Assembly (NCBI GenBank): GCA_002269645.1
Contig: NIVC01000199.1
Coordinates: 310,001-374,000, forward strand
Origin: Macrostomum lignano
Taxonomy: Eukaryota
Length of the DNA stretch: 64,000 nucleotides
Direction: 5' to 3'
Shown: piece after piece, positions 1-13,000 of the stretch
Layout of the letters: every line of letters begins with the position of its first letter
Numbering within the stretch: the stretch's first letter is position 1
Position numbers and translations under genes: made by a program
Notes under the pieces: generated by a model
What the model saw: the letters and a program-made list of their open reading frames with translations, nothing else
What the model was told of the DNA's origin: nothing
The model's database searches: none

Positions 1-651
1 TCTCAGATCTCCAGTTGCTGAGCCAGCCTCCCAGAGTTAGTTGCTGGGCCAGCCTCCCAGTTCCTCAGTTGCTGAGCCAGCCTCCCAGATCCTCAGTTGC
101 CGGGCCAGCCTCCCAGAGTGTCAGTTGCTGGGCCAGCCTCCCAGATCCTCAGTTGCTGGGCCAGCCTCCCAGATCTCCAGTTGCTGAGCCAGCCTCCCAG
201 ATCCTCAGTTGCTAGGCCAGCCTCCAAGATCCTCAGTTGCTGGGCCAGCCTCTCAGATCCTGAGTTGCTAGGCCAGCCTCCCAGATCCTCAGTTGCTGGG
301 CCCCCAGCCTCCCAGATCATGAGTTGTTGACCACCAGCCTCCCAGATCTCCAGTTGCTGAGCCAGCCTCCCAGAGTTAGTTGCTGGGCCAGCCTCCCAGT
401 TCCTCAGTTGCTGAGCCAGCCTCCAAGATCCTCAGTTGCCGGGCCAGCCTCCCAGAGTGTCAGTTGCTGGGCCAGCCTCCCAGATCCTCAGTTGCTGGGC
501 CAGCCTCCCAGATCCTCAGTTGCTGGGCCAGCCTCCCAGATCCTCAGTTTCTGGGCCAGCCTCCCAGATCCTCAGTTGCTGGGCCAGCCTCCCAGATCCT
601 CAGTTTCTGGGCCAGCCTCCCAGATCCTCAGTTTCTGGGCCAGCCTCCCAG
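1..651 (+). repeat. Intronic minisatellite, ~28-bp unit GGGCCAGCCTCCCAGATCCTCAGTTGCT
   Basis: Direct tandem repetition running from the window start to the Dicer exon. Confidence 0.95.
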
Positions 652-1053
652 ACCCCAGCCGTGAGCAGGCACTCTACACCAGCTGAAATGCCGATACCGC
701 AGGGCCCCTGTCTGTCCGACCTGATCGCCGGCCTGAAGGCCACATTCCGCTGCCCAGTCACATTCGCATCTGACGTGCTCAGCGCACTGATTTACGGCGG
801 TCAACCCGACGAAGAAGTCCTTGACTGTCCGTCACCGGATGACGCATTCGGCCTGTACACCTGCATGCGCCAGCTGCTGCAGTCCCACCTGGACTGGCTG
901 ATGGATCTCGATCAGGAATTCACCGTGTCACCGCCGTGCTGTCCGGAGGCGAAGCAGTTTTGTATTAAAGCTTTGAGGCAGTGCCTGAACGGCTTGGACA
1001 ATCTGGGACCCTGGGGATGCAATGTCATTGCTAGGGTCTGCTTGAAGCACCTG
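652..1053 (+). CDS. DICER1: Dicer exon (helicase Hel1/Hel2i); 5' boundary uncertain (about 652 or 703)
   Basis: [36 protein letters not shown]...LGPWGC resembles the Dicer LEKILKSNAETATD...QPCEIVVDC...LGPWC segment; donor CTG|GTTAGT at 1053/1054. Confidence 0.85.
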
Positions 1054-4000
1054 GTTAGTTCAGATTCACTTTTGTTTGGAGTAAACTTGTGGGCTCGCAA
1101 AGATGAGTGGTCAGATGGAACAGAGGAAGAATAGGAAAAGAGTGCAGATGAGAGGTTAACGAGTGCAAAGGAGAGGTTAAAGAGTGCAGATGAGAGGTTA
1201 ACGAGTGCAGCTCTAGGAGAGGTTAACGAGTGCAAAGGAGAGGTTAAAGAGTGCAGAGGAGAGGTTAAAGAGTGCAGATGAGAGGTTAAAGAGTGCAGCT
1301 CTAGGAGAGGTTAACGAGTGCAAAGGAGAGGTTAAAGAGTGCAGAGGAGAGGTTAAAGAGTGCAGAGGAGAGCTTAACGAGTGCAAAGGAGAGGTTAAAG
1401 AGTGCAGATGAGAGGTTAACGAGTGCAAAGGAGAGGTTAAAGAGGGCAGAGGAGAGGTTAAAGAGTGCAGAGGAGAGGTTAAAGAGTGCAGAGGAGAGGT
1501 TAACGAGTGCAGAGGAGAGGTTAAAGAGTGCAGCTCTAGGAGAGGTTAGAGTGCAGAGGAGAAGTTAACAAGTGCAGAGGAGAGGTTAAAGAGTGCAGAG
1601 GAGAGGTTAAAGAGTGCAGAGGAGAGGTTAAAGAGTGCAGAGGAGAGGTTAGAGTTGAGCGGGGTCAGTGCAAGTCCCAGATTGAAATAGCGCCAATTGA
1701 TATTCAATATTTAAATGGTTATAAACAAACTGGCAACCATACAGGTAAGCCTGGAGCAGGAGCTGCTGCTAGAAGCTGACCAGCTGGCCCGCTGCCTGGT
1801 CAGATCAACCGTGACCCGCCTAGCGATGCTGCAGAAGCGGTTCCACGCCGTTCAAGAGCACTTCGCCGATGTTGACGATTTTCGTCGTTGCGTGCCGCCG
1901 AATGTGCATCGGCTGCTGGAGCTGCTGGCCCGCTTCCGGCCTCGGACAGAGTTTAGCATTGAATTTATTAATGAGAGCTTCGGTTGCGGTGGCGCTACTA
2001 ATAGTAATAAGCCTAGCAGTGCCGCTGCTGGTGATAGCGAATTGGTTGGATTGAGCGACGCGGAATCAACTGACTCGGATGAGGATGATGGCCGAGGTGG
2101 CGGAGTTGAAATCACGGAGCTGAATAATTCCAACTGCTTGCCCTACAAAGTGGTGCCGAAAGTCTCTGATGATGAGCCAAGCGAACGGCTTAGCGCACTG
2201 GTCTTTGTTCGAGACTGTTTCACCGCCTACGGACTGTGCAAATTGCTTGAAGAAGTGTGCATCTGGGATCCGGAGTTTTTCTTTGTCAAGCCGGCTTATA
2301 TGTTCTCGCTGGTTACTAAGCCTAAGCAGCAGAGGGTCACGGACTATTTGAGAAAGTTTCGGCAGGTAAACGTTTCTGTAATCTGCAAATTGAAAATGTA
2401 TAGCATCGAATAGCTGGCCTAGTGATGGGGTTGTAGCCTAGTGATGGGGTTGTAGCCTAGTGATGGGGTTGTAGCCTAGTGATGGGGTTGTAGCCTAGTG
2501 ATGGGGTTGTAGCCTAGTGATGGGGTTGTAGCCTAGTGATGGGGTTGTAGCCTAGTGATGGGGTTGTAGCCTAGTGATGGGGTTGTAGCCTAGTGATGGG
2601 GTTGTAGCCTAGTGGAGGGGTTGTAGCCTAGTGATGGGGTTGTAGCCTAGTGATGGGGTTGTAGCCTAGTGATGGGGTTGTAGCCTAGTGATGGGGTTGT
2701 AGCCTAGTGGAGGGGTTGTAGCCTAGTTATGGGGTTGTAGCCTAGTGGAGGGGTTTTAGCCTAGTGATGGGGTTGTAGCCTAGTGATGGGGTTGTAGCCT
2801 AGTGATGGGGTTGTAGCCTAGTCATGGGGTTGTAGCCTAGTGGAGGGGTTGTAGCCTAGTGGAGGGGTTGTAGCCTAGTGATGGGGTTGTAGCCTAGTGA
2901 TGGGGTTGTAGCCTAGTGATGGGGTTGTAGCCTAGTGATGGGGTTGTAGCCTAGTGATGGGGTTGTAGCCTAGTGATGGGGTTGTAGCCTAGTGATGGGG
3001 TTGTAGCCTAGTGATGGGGTTGTAGCCTAGTGATGGGGTTGTAGCCTAATGATGGGGTTGTAACCTAGTCATGGGGTTGTAGCCTAGTGATGGGGTTGTA
3101 GCCTAGTGATGGGGTTGTAGCCTAGTGATGGGGTTGTAGCCTAGTGATGGGGTTGTAGCCTAGTGATGGGGTTGTAGCCTAGTGATGGGGTTGTAGCCTA
3201 GTGATGGGGTTGTAGCCTAGTGATGGGGTTGTAGCCTAGTGATGGGGTTGTAGCCTAGTGATGGGGTTGTAGCCTAGTGATGGGGTTGTAGCCTAGTGAT
3301 GGGGTTGTAGCCTAGTGATGGGGTTGTAGCCTAGTGATGGGGTTGTAGCCTAGTGATGGGGTTGTAGCCTAGTGATGGGGTTGTAGCCTAGTCATGGGGT
3401 TGTAGCCTAGTGATGGGGTTGTAGCCTAGTGGAAGGGGTTGTAGCCTAGTGATGGGGTTGTAGCCTAGTGATGGGGTTGTAGCCTAGTGGAAGGGGTTGT
3501 AGCCTAGTGGAGGGGTTGTAGCCTAGTGGAGGGGTTGTAGCCTAGTGGAGGGGTTGTAGCCTAGTGATGGGGTTGTAGCCTAGTGATGGGGTTGTAGCCT
3601 AGTGATGGGGTTGTAGCCTAGTGGAGGGGTTGTAGCCTAGTGGAGGGGTTGTAGCCTAGTGGAGGGGTTGTAGCCTAGTGATGGGGTTGTAGCCTAGTGA
3701 TGGGGTTGTAGCCTAGTGATGGGGTTGTAGCCTAGTGATGGGGTTGTAGCCTAGTGGAGGGGTTGTAGCCTAGTGATGGAGTTGTAGCCTAGTGATGGGG
3801 TTGTAGCCTAGTGATGGGGTTGTAGCCTAATGATGGGGTTGTAACCTAGTCATGGGGTTGTAGCCTAGTGATGGGGTTGTAGCCTAGTGATGGGGTTGTA
3901 GCCTAGTGATGGGGTTGTAGCCTAGTGGAGGGGTTGTAGCCTAGTGGAGGGGTTGTAGCCTAGTGGAGGGGTTGTAGCCTAGTGGAGGGGTTGTAGCCTA

Positions 4001-7000
4001 GTGGAGGGGTTGTAGCCTAGTGGAGGGGTTGTAGCCTAGTGGAGGGGTTGTAGCCTAGTGGAGGGGTTGTAGCCTAGTGGAGGGGTTGTAGCCTAGTGGA
4101 GGGGTTGTAGCCTAGTGGAGGGGTTGTAGCCTAGTGGAGGGGTTGTAGCCTAGTGATGGGGTTGTAGCCTAGTGATGGGGTTGTAGCCTAGTGGAGGGGT
4201 TGTAGCCTAGTGGAGGGGTTGTAGCCTAGTGATGGGGTTGTAGCCTAGTGGAGGGGTTGTAGCCTAGTGATGGGGTTGTAGCCTAGTGATGGGGTTGTAG
4301 CCTAGTGGAGGGGTTGTAGCCTAGTGGAGGGGTTGTAGCCTAGTGATGGGTTGTAGCCTAGTGATGGGGTTGTAGCCTAGTGATGGGGTTGTAGCCTAGT
4401 GATGGGGTTGTAGCCTAGTGGAGGGGTTGTAGCCTAGTGGAGGGGTTGTAGCCTAGTGATGGGGTTGTAGCCTAGTGATGGGGTTGTAGCCTAGTGGAGG
4501 GGTTGTAGCCTAGTGGAGGGGTTGTAGCCTAGTGAGGGGTTGTAGCCTAGTGGAGGGGTTGTAGCCTAGTGGAGGGGTTGTAGCCTAGTGGAGGGGTTGT
4601 AGCCTAGTGGAGGGGTTGTAGCCTAGTGGAGGGGTTGTAGCCTAGTGATGGGGTTGTAGCCTAGTGATGGGGTTGTAGCCTAGTGGAGGGGTTGTAGCCT
4701 AGTGGAGGGGTTGTAGCCTAGTGATGGGGTTGTAGCCTAGTGATGGGGTTGTAGCCTAGTGATGGGGTTGTAGCCTAGTGATGGGGTTGTAGCCTAGTGA
4801 GGGGTTGTAGCCTAGTGGAGGGGTTGTAGCCTAGTGATGGGGTTGTAGCCTAGTGATGGGGTTGTAGCCTAGTGATGGGGTTGTAGCCTAGTGATGGGGT
4901 TGTAGCCTAGTGATGGGGTTGTAGCCTAGTGGAGGGGTTGTAGCCTAGTGGAGGGGTTGTAGCCTAGTGGAGGGGTTGTAGCCTAGTGATGGGGTTGTAG
5001 CCTAGTGGAGGGGTTGTAGCCTAGTGATGGGGTTGTAGCCTAGTGGAGGGGTTGTAGCCTAGTGGAGGGGTTGTAGCCTAGTGATGGGGTTGTAGCCTAG
5101 TGATGGGGTTGTAGCCTAGTGAGGGGTTGTAGCCTAGTGATGGGGTTGTAGCCTAGTGATGGGGTTGTAGCCTAGTGATGGGGTTGTAGCCTAGTGATGG
5201 GGTTGTAGCCTAGTGATGGGGTTGTAGCCTAGTGATGGGGTTGTAGCCTAGTGATGGGGTTGTAGCCTAGTGATGGGGTTGTAGCCTAGTGAGGGGTTGT
5301 AGCCTAGTGATGGGGTTGTAGCCTAGTGATGGGGTTGTAGCCTAGTGATGGGGTTGTAGCCTAGTGATGGGGTTGTAGCCTAGTGATGGGGTTGTAGCCT
5401 AGTGGAGGGGTTGTAGCCTAGTGATGGGGTTGTAGCCTAGTGGAGGGGTTGTAGCCTAGTGATGGGGTTGTAGCCTAGTGATGGGGTTGTAGCCTAGTGA
5501 TGGGGTTGTAGCCTAGTGATGGGGTTGTAGCCTAGTGATGGGGTTGTAGCCTAGTGAGGGGTTGTAGCCTAGTGATGGGGTTGTAGCCTAGTGATGGGGT
5601 TGTAGCCTAGTGATGGGGTTGTAGCCTAGTGATGGGGTTGTAGCCTAGTGATGGGGTTGTAGCCTAGTGATGGGGTTGTAGCCTAGTGATGGGGTTGTAG
5701 CCTAGTGATGGGGTTGTAGCCTAGTGATGGGGTTGTAGCCTAGTGATGGGGTTGTAGCCTAGTGATGGGGTTGTAGCCTAGTGATGGGGTTGTAGCCTAG
5801 TGATGGGGTTGTAGCCTAGTGATGGGGTTGTAGCCTAGTGATGGGGTTGTAGCCTAGTGATGGGGTTGTAGCCTAGTGATGGGGTTGTAGCCTAGTGATG
5901 GGGTTGTAGCCTAGTGATGGGGTTGTAGCCTAGTGAGGGGTTGTAGCCTAGTGATGGGGTTGTAGCCTAGTGATGGGGTTGTAGCCTAGTGATGGGGTTG
6001 TAGCCTAGTGAGGGGTTGTAGCCTAGTGAGGGGTTGTAGCCTAGTGGAGGGGTTGTAGCCTAGTGATGGGGTTGTAGCCTAGTGATGGGGTTGTAGCCTA
6101 GTGATGGGGTTGTAGCCTAGTGAGGGGTTGTAGCCTAGTGATGGGGTTGTAGCCTAGTGAGGGGTTGTAGCCTAGTGATGGGTTGTAGCCTAGTGATGGG
6201 GTTGTAGCCTAGTGATGGGGTTGTAGCCTAGTGATGGGGTTGTAGCCTAGTGATGGGGTTGTAGCCTAGTGATGGGGTTGTAGCCTAGTGATGGGGTTGT
6301 AGCCTAGTGATGGGGTTGTAGCCTAGTGAGGGGTTGTAGCCTAGTGAGGGGTTGTAGCCTAGTGATGGGGTTGTAGCCTAGTGAGGGGTTGTAGCCTAGT
6401 GATGGGGTTGTAGCCTAGTGATGGGGTTGTAGCCTAGTGATGGGGTTGTAGCCTAGTGAGGGGTTGTAGCCTAGTGGAGGGGTTGTAGCCTAGTGATGGG
6501 GTTGTAGCCTAGTGGAGGGGTTGTAGCCTAGTGGAGGGGTTGTAGCCTAGTGATGGGGTTGTAGCCTAGTGATGGGGTTGTAGCCTAGTGATGGGGTTGT
6601 AGCCTAGTGATGGGGTTGTAGCCTAGTGATGGGGTTGTAGCCTAGTGAGGGGTTGTAGCCTAGTGATGGGGTTGTAGCCTAGTGATGGGGTTGTAGCCTA
6701 GTGAGGGGTTGTAGCCTAGTGAGGGGTTGTAGCCTAGTGATGGGGTTGTAGCCTAGTGATGGGGTTGTAGCCTAGTGATGGGGTTGTAGCCTAGTGATGG
6801 GGTTGTAGCCTAGTGATGGGGTTGTAGCCTAGTGAGGGGTTGTAGCCTAGTGAGGGGTTGTAGCCTAGTGGAGGGGTTGTAGCCTAGTGAGGGGTTGTAG
6901 CCTAGTGGAGGGGTTGTAGCCTAGTGGAGGGGTTGTAGCCTAGTGATGGGGTTGTAGCCTAGTGATGGGGTTGTAGCCTAGTGAGGGGTTGTAGCCTAGT

Positions 7001-10000
7001 GAGGGGTTGTAGCCTAGTGATGGGGTTGTAGCCTAGTGAGGGGTTGTAGCCTAGTGATGGGGTTGTAGCCTAGTGATGGGGTTGTAGCCTAGTGAGGGGT
7101 TGTAGCCTAGTGGAGGGGTTGTAGCCTAGTGATGGGGTTGTAGCCTAGTGATGGGGTTGTAGCCTAGTGATGGGGTTGTAGCCTAGTGATGGGGTTGTAG
7201 CCTAGTGATGGGGTTGTAGCCTAGTGAGGGGTTGTAGCCTAGTGAGGGGTTGTAGCCTAGTGATGGGGTTGTAGCCTAGTGAGGGGTTGTAGCCTAGTGA
7301 TGGGGTTGTAGCCTAGTGAGGGGTTGTAGCCTAGTGAGGGGTTGTAGCCTAGTGAGGGGTTGTAGCCTAGTGAGGGGTTGTAGCCTAGTGGAGGGGTTGT
7401 AGCCTAGTGGAGGGGTTGTAGCCTAGTGATGGGGTTGTAGCCTAGTGATGGGGTTGTAGCCTAGTGATGGGGTTGTAGCCTAGTGAGGGGTTGTAGCCTA
7501 GTGATGGGGTTGTAGCCTAGTGATGGGGTTGTAGCCTAGTGATGGGGTTGTAGCCTAGTGATGGGGTTGTAGCCTAGTGATGGGGTTGTAGCCTAGTGAT
7601 GGGGTTGTAGCCTAGTGATGGGGTTGTAGCCTAGTGATGGGGTTGTAGCCTAGTGATGGGGTTGTAGCCTAGTGATGGGGTTGTAGCCTAGTGATGGGGT
7701 TGTAGCCTAGTGAGGGGTTGTAGCCTAGTGAGGGGTTGTAGCCTAGTGAGGGGTTGTAGCCTAGTGATGGGGTTGTAGCCTAGTGATGGGGTTGTAGCCT
7801 AGTGATGGGGTTGTAGCCTAGTGAGGGGTTGTAGCCTAGTGATGGGGTTGTAGCCTAGTGATGGGGTTGTAGCCTAGTGATGGGGTTGTAGCCTAGTGAT
7901 GGGGTTGTAGCCTAGTGATGGGGTTGTAGCCTAGTGATGGGGTTGTAGCCTAGTGATGGGGTTGTAGCCTAGTGATGGGGTTGTAGCCTAGTGATGGGGT
8001 TGTAGCCTAGTGATGGGGTTGTAGCCTAGTGATGGGGTTGTAGCCTAGTGATGGGGTTGTAGCCTAGTGATGGGGTTGTAGCCTAGTGATGGGGTTGTAG
8101 CCTAGTGATGGGGTTGTAGCCTAGTGATGGGGTTGTAGCCTAGTGATGGGGTTGTAGCCTAGTGATGGGGTTGTAGCCTAGTGATGGGGTTGTAGCCTAG
8201 TGATGGGGTTGTAGCCTAGTGAGGGGTTGTAGCCTAGTGATGGGGTTGTAGCCTAGTGATGGGGTTGTAGCCTAGTGATGGGGTTGTAGCCTAGTGATGG
8301 GGTTGTAGCCTAGTGATGGGGTTGTAGCCTAGTGGAGGGGTTGTAGCCTAGTGGAGGGGTTGTAGCCTAGTGGAGGGGTTGTAGCCTAGTGGAGGGGTTG
8401 TAGCCTAGTGGAGGGGTTGTAGCCTAGTGATGGGGTTGTAGCCTAGTGATGGGGTTGTAGCCTAGTGATGGGGTTGTAGCCTAGTGGAGGGGTTGTAGCC
8501 TAGTGATGGGGTTGTAGCCTAGTGGAGGGGTTGTAGCCTAGTGATGGGGTTGTAGCCTAGTGATGGGGTTGTAGCCTAGTGGAGGGGTTGTAGCCTAGTG
8601 GAGGGGTTGTAGCCTAGTGATGGGGTTGTAGCCTAGTGATGGGGTTGTAGCCTAGTGATGGGGTTGTAGCCTAGTGATGGGGTTGTAGCCTAGTGATGGG
8701 GTTGTAGCCTAGTGGAGGGGTTGTAGCCTAGTGAGGGGTTGTAGCCTAGTGAGGGGTTGTAGCCTAGTGAGGGGTTGTAGCCTAGTGATGGGGTTGTAGC
8801 CTAGTGAGGGGTTGTAGCCTAGTGGAGGGGTTGTAGCCTAGTGGAGGGGTTGTAGCCTAGTGGAGGGGTTGTAGCCTAGTGGAGGGGTTGTAGCCTAGTG
8901 AGGGGTTGTAGCCTAGTGATGGGGTTGTAGCCTAGTGGATGGGGTTGTAGCCTAGTGGAGGGGTTGTAGCCTAGTGGAGGGGTTGTAGCCTAGTGATGGG
9001 GTTGTAGCCTAGTGATGGGGTTGTAGCCTAGTGATGGGGTTGTAGCCTAGTGATGGGGTTGTAGCCTAGTGATGGGGTTGTAGCCTAGTGATGGGGTTGT
9101 AGCCTAGTGATGGGGTTGTAGCCTAGTGATGGGGTTGTAGCCTAGTGATGGGGTTGTAGCCTAGTGATGGGGTTGTAGCCTAGTGATGGGGTTGTAGCCT
9201 AGTGAGGGGTTGTAGCCTAGTGGAGGGGTTGTAGCCTAGTGATGGGGTTGTAGCCTAGTGATGGGGTTGTAGCCTAGTGGAGGGGTTGTAGCCTAGTGAT
9301 GGGGTTGTAGCCTAGTGGAGGGGTTGTAGCCTAGTGATGGGGTTGTAGCCTAGTGATGGGGTTGTAGCCTAGTGATGGGGTTGTAGCCTAGTGATGGGGT
9401 TGTAGCCTAGTGATGGGGTTGTAGCCTAGTGATGGGGTTGTAGCCTAGTGATGGGGTTGTAGCCTAGTGATGGGGTTGTAGCCTAGTGATGGGGTTGTAG
9501 CCTAGTGATGGGGTTGTAGCCTAGTGATGGGGTTGTAGCCTAGTGATGGGGTTGTAGCCTAGTGATGGGGTTGTAGCCTAGTGATGGGGTTGTAGCCTAG
9601 TGATGGGGTTGTAGCCTAGTGATGGGGTTGTAGCCTAGTGATGGGGTTGTAGCCTAGTGATGGGGTTGTAGCCTAGTGATGGGGTTGTAGCCTAGTGATG
9701 GGGTTGTAGCCTAGTGATGGGGTTGTAGCCTAGTGATGGGGTTGTAGCCTAGTGATGGGGTTGTAGCCTAGTGATGGGGTTGTAGCCTAGTGATGGGGTT
9801 GTAGCCTAGTGATGGGGTTGTAGCCTAGTGATGGGGTTGTAGCCTAGTGATGGGGTTGTAGCCTAGTGATGGGGTTGTAGCCTAGTGATGGGGTTGTAGC
9901 CTAGTGATGGGGTTGTAGCCTAGTGATGGGGTTGTAGCCTAGTGATGGGGTTGTAGCCTAGTGATGGGGTTGTAGCCTAGTGATGGGGTTGTAGCCTAGT

Positions 10001-13000
10001 GATGGGGTTGTAGCCTAGTGATGGGGTTGTAGCCTAGTGATGGGGTTGTAGCCTAGTGATGGGGTTGTAGCCTAGTGATGGGGTTGTAGCCTAGTGATGG
10101 GGTTGTAGCCTAGTGATGGGGTTGTAGCCTAGTGATGGGGTTGTAGCCTAGTGATGGGGTTGTAGCCTAGTGATGGGGTTGTAGCCTAGTGATGGGGTTG
10201 TAGCCTAGTGATGGGGTTGTAGCCTAGTGATGGGGTTGTAGCCTAGTGATGGGGTTGTAGCCTAGTGATGGGGTTGTAGCCTAGTGAGGGGTTGTAGCCT
10301 AGTGAGGGGTTGTAGCCTAGTGATGGGGTTGTAGCCTAGTGATGGGGTTGTAGCCTAGTGATGGGGTTGTAGCCTAGTGATGGGGTTGTAGCCTAGTGAT
10401 GGGGTTGTAGCCTAGTGAGGGGTTGTAGCCTAGTGATGGGGTTGTAGCCTAGTGATGGGGTTGTAGCCTAGTGATGGGGTTGTAGCCTAGTGATGGGGTT
10501 GTAGCCTAGTGATGGGGTTGTAGCCTAGTGATGGGGTTGTAGCCTAGTGATGGGGTTGTAGCCTAGTGATGGGGTTGTAGCCTAGTGATGGGGTTGTAGC
10601 CTAGTGATGGGGTTGTAGCCTAGTGATGGGGTTGTAGCCTAGTGAGGGGTTGTAGCCTAGTGATGGGGTTGTAGCCTAGTGAGGGGTTGTAGCCTAGTGA
10701 GGGGTTGTAGCCTAGTGAGGGGTTGTAGCCTAGTGGAGGGGTTGTAGCCTAGTGAGGGGTTGTAGCCTAGTGAGGGGTTGTAGCCTAGTGGAGGGGTTGT
10801 AGCCTAGTGAGGGGTTGTAGCCTAGTGATGGGGTTGTAGCCTAGTGATGGGGTTGTAGCCTAGTGATGGGGTTGTAGCCTAGTGATGGGGTTGTAGCCTA
10901 GTGGAGGGGTTGTAGCCTAGTGATGGGGTTGTAGCCTAGTGATGGGGTTGTAGCCTAGTGGAGGGGTTGTAGCCTAGTGATGGGGTTGTAGCCTAGTGAT
11001 GGGGTTGTAGCCTAGTGATGGGGTTGTAGCCTAGTGATGGGGTTGTAGCCTAGTGATGGGGTTGTAGCCTAGTGATGGGGTTGTAGCCTAGTGATGGGGT
11101 TGTAGCCTAGTGAGGGGTTGTAGCCTAGTGGAGGGGTTGTAGCCTAGTGGAGGGGTTGTAGCCTAGTGGAGGGGTTGTAGCCTAGTGGAGGGGTTGTAGC
11201 CTAGTGAGGGGTTGTAGCCTAGTGAGGGGTTGTAGCCTAGTGATGGGGTTGTAGCCTAGTGAGGGGTTGTAGCCTAGTGAGGGGTTGTAGCCTAGTGAGG
11301 GGTTGTAGCCTAGTGATGGGGTTGTAGCCTAGTGAGGGGTTGTAGCCTAGTGATGGGGTTGTAGCCTAGTGATGGGGTTGTAGCCTAGTGAGGGGTTGTA
11401 GCCTAGTGATGGGGTTGTAGCCTAGTGATGGGGTTGTAGCCTAGTGATGGGGTTGTAGCCTAGTGATGGGGTTGTAGCCTAGTGAGGGGTTGTAGCCTAG
11501 TGGAGGGGTTGTAGCCTAGTGAGGGGTTGTAGCCTAGTGAGGGGTTGTAGCCTAGTGATGGGGTTGTAGCCTAGTGGAGGGGTTGTAGCCTAGTGAGGGG
11601 TTGTAGCCTAGTGGAGGGGTTGTAGCCTAGTGGAGGGGTTGTAGCCTAGTGGAGGGGTTGTAGCCTAGTGGAGGGGTTGTAGCCTAGTGGGGGTTGTAGC
11701 CTAGTGAGGGGTTGTAGCCTAGTGATGGGGTTGTAGCCTAGTGATGGGGTTGTAGCCTAGTGATGGGGTTGTAGCCTAGTGATGGGGTTGTAGCCTAGTG
11801 ATGGGGTTGTAGCCTAGTGATGGGGTTGTAGCCTAGTGATGGGGTTGTAGCCTAGTGATGGGGTTGTAGCCTAGTGATGGGGTTGTAGCCTAGTGATGGG
11901 GTTGTAGCCTAGTGATGGGGTTGTAGCCTAGTGATGGGGTTGTAGCCTAGTGATGGGGTTGTAGCCTAGTGATGGGGTTGTAGCCTAGTGGGGGTTGTAG
12001 CCTAGTGGAGGGGTTGTAGCCTAGTGAGGGGTTGTAGCCTAGTGAGGGGTTGTAGCCTAGTGATGGGGTTGTAGCCTAGTGAGGGGTTGTAGCCTAGTGA
12101 TGGGGTTGTAGCCTAGTGAGGGGTTGTAGCCTAGTGATGGGGTTGTAGCCTAGTGATGGGGTTGTAGCCTAGTGATGGGGTTGTAGCCTAGTGATGGGGT
12201 TGTAGCCTAGTGATGGGGTTGTAGCCTAGTGATGGGGTTGTAGCCTAGTGATGGGGTTGTAGCCTAGTGATGGGGTTGTAGCCTAGTGATGGGGTTGTAG
12301 CCTAGTGATGGGGTTGTAGCCTAGTGATGGGGTTGTAGCCTAGTGATGGGGTTGTAGCCTAGTGATGGGGTTGTAGCCTAGTGATGGGGTTGTAGCCTAG
12401 TGATGGGGTTGTAGCCTAGTGATGGGGTTGTAGCCTAGTGATGGGGTTGTAGCCTAGTGATGGGGTTGTAGCCTAGTGATGGGGTTGTAGCCTAGTGATG
12501 GGGTTGTAGCCTAGTGATGGGGTTGTAGCCTAGTGATGGGGTTGTAGCCTAGTGATGGGGTTGTAGCCTAGTGATGGGGTTGTAGCCTAGTGATGGGGTT
12601 GTAGCCTAGTGATGGGGTTGTAGCCTAGTGATGGGGTTGTAGCCTAGTGATGGGGTTGTAGCCTAGTGATGGGGTTGTAGCCTAGTGATGGGGTTGTAGC
12701 CTAGTGATGGGGTTGTAGCCTAGTGATGGGGTTGTAGCCTAGTGATGGGGTTGTAGCCTAGTGATGGGGTTGTAGCCTAGTGATGGGGTTGTAGCCTAGT
12801 GATGGGGTTGTAGCCTAGTGATGGGGTTGTAGCCTAGTGATGGGGTTGTAGCCTAGTGATGGGGTTGTAGCCTAGTGATGGGGTTGTAGCCTAGTGATGG
12901 GGTTGTAGCCTAGTGATGGGGTTGTAGCCTAGTGATGGGGTTGTAGCCTAGTGATGGGGTTGTAGCCTAGTGATGGGGTTGTAGCCTAGTGATGGGGTTG

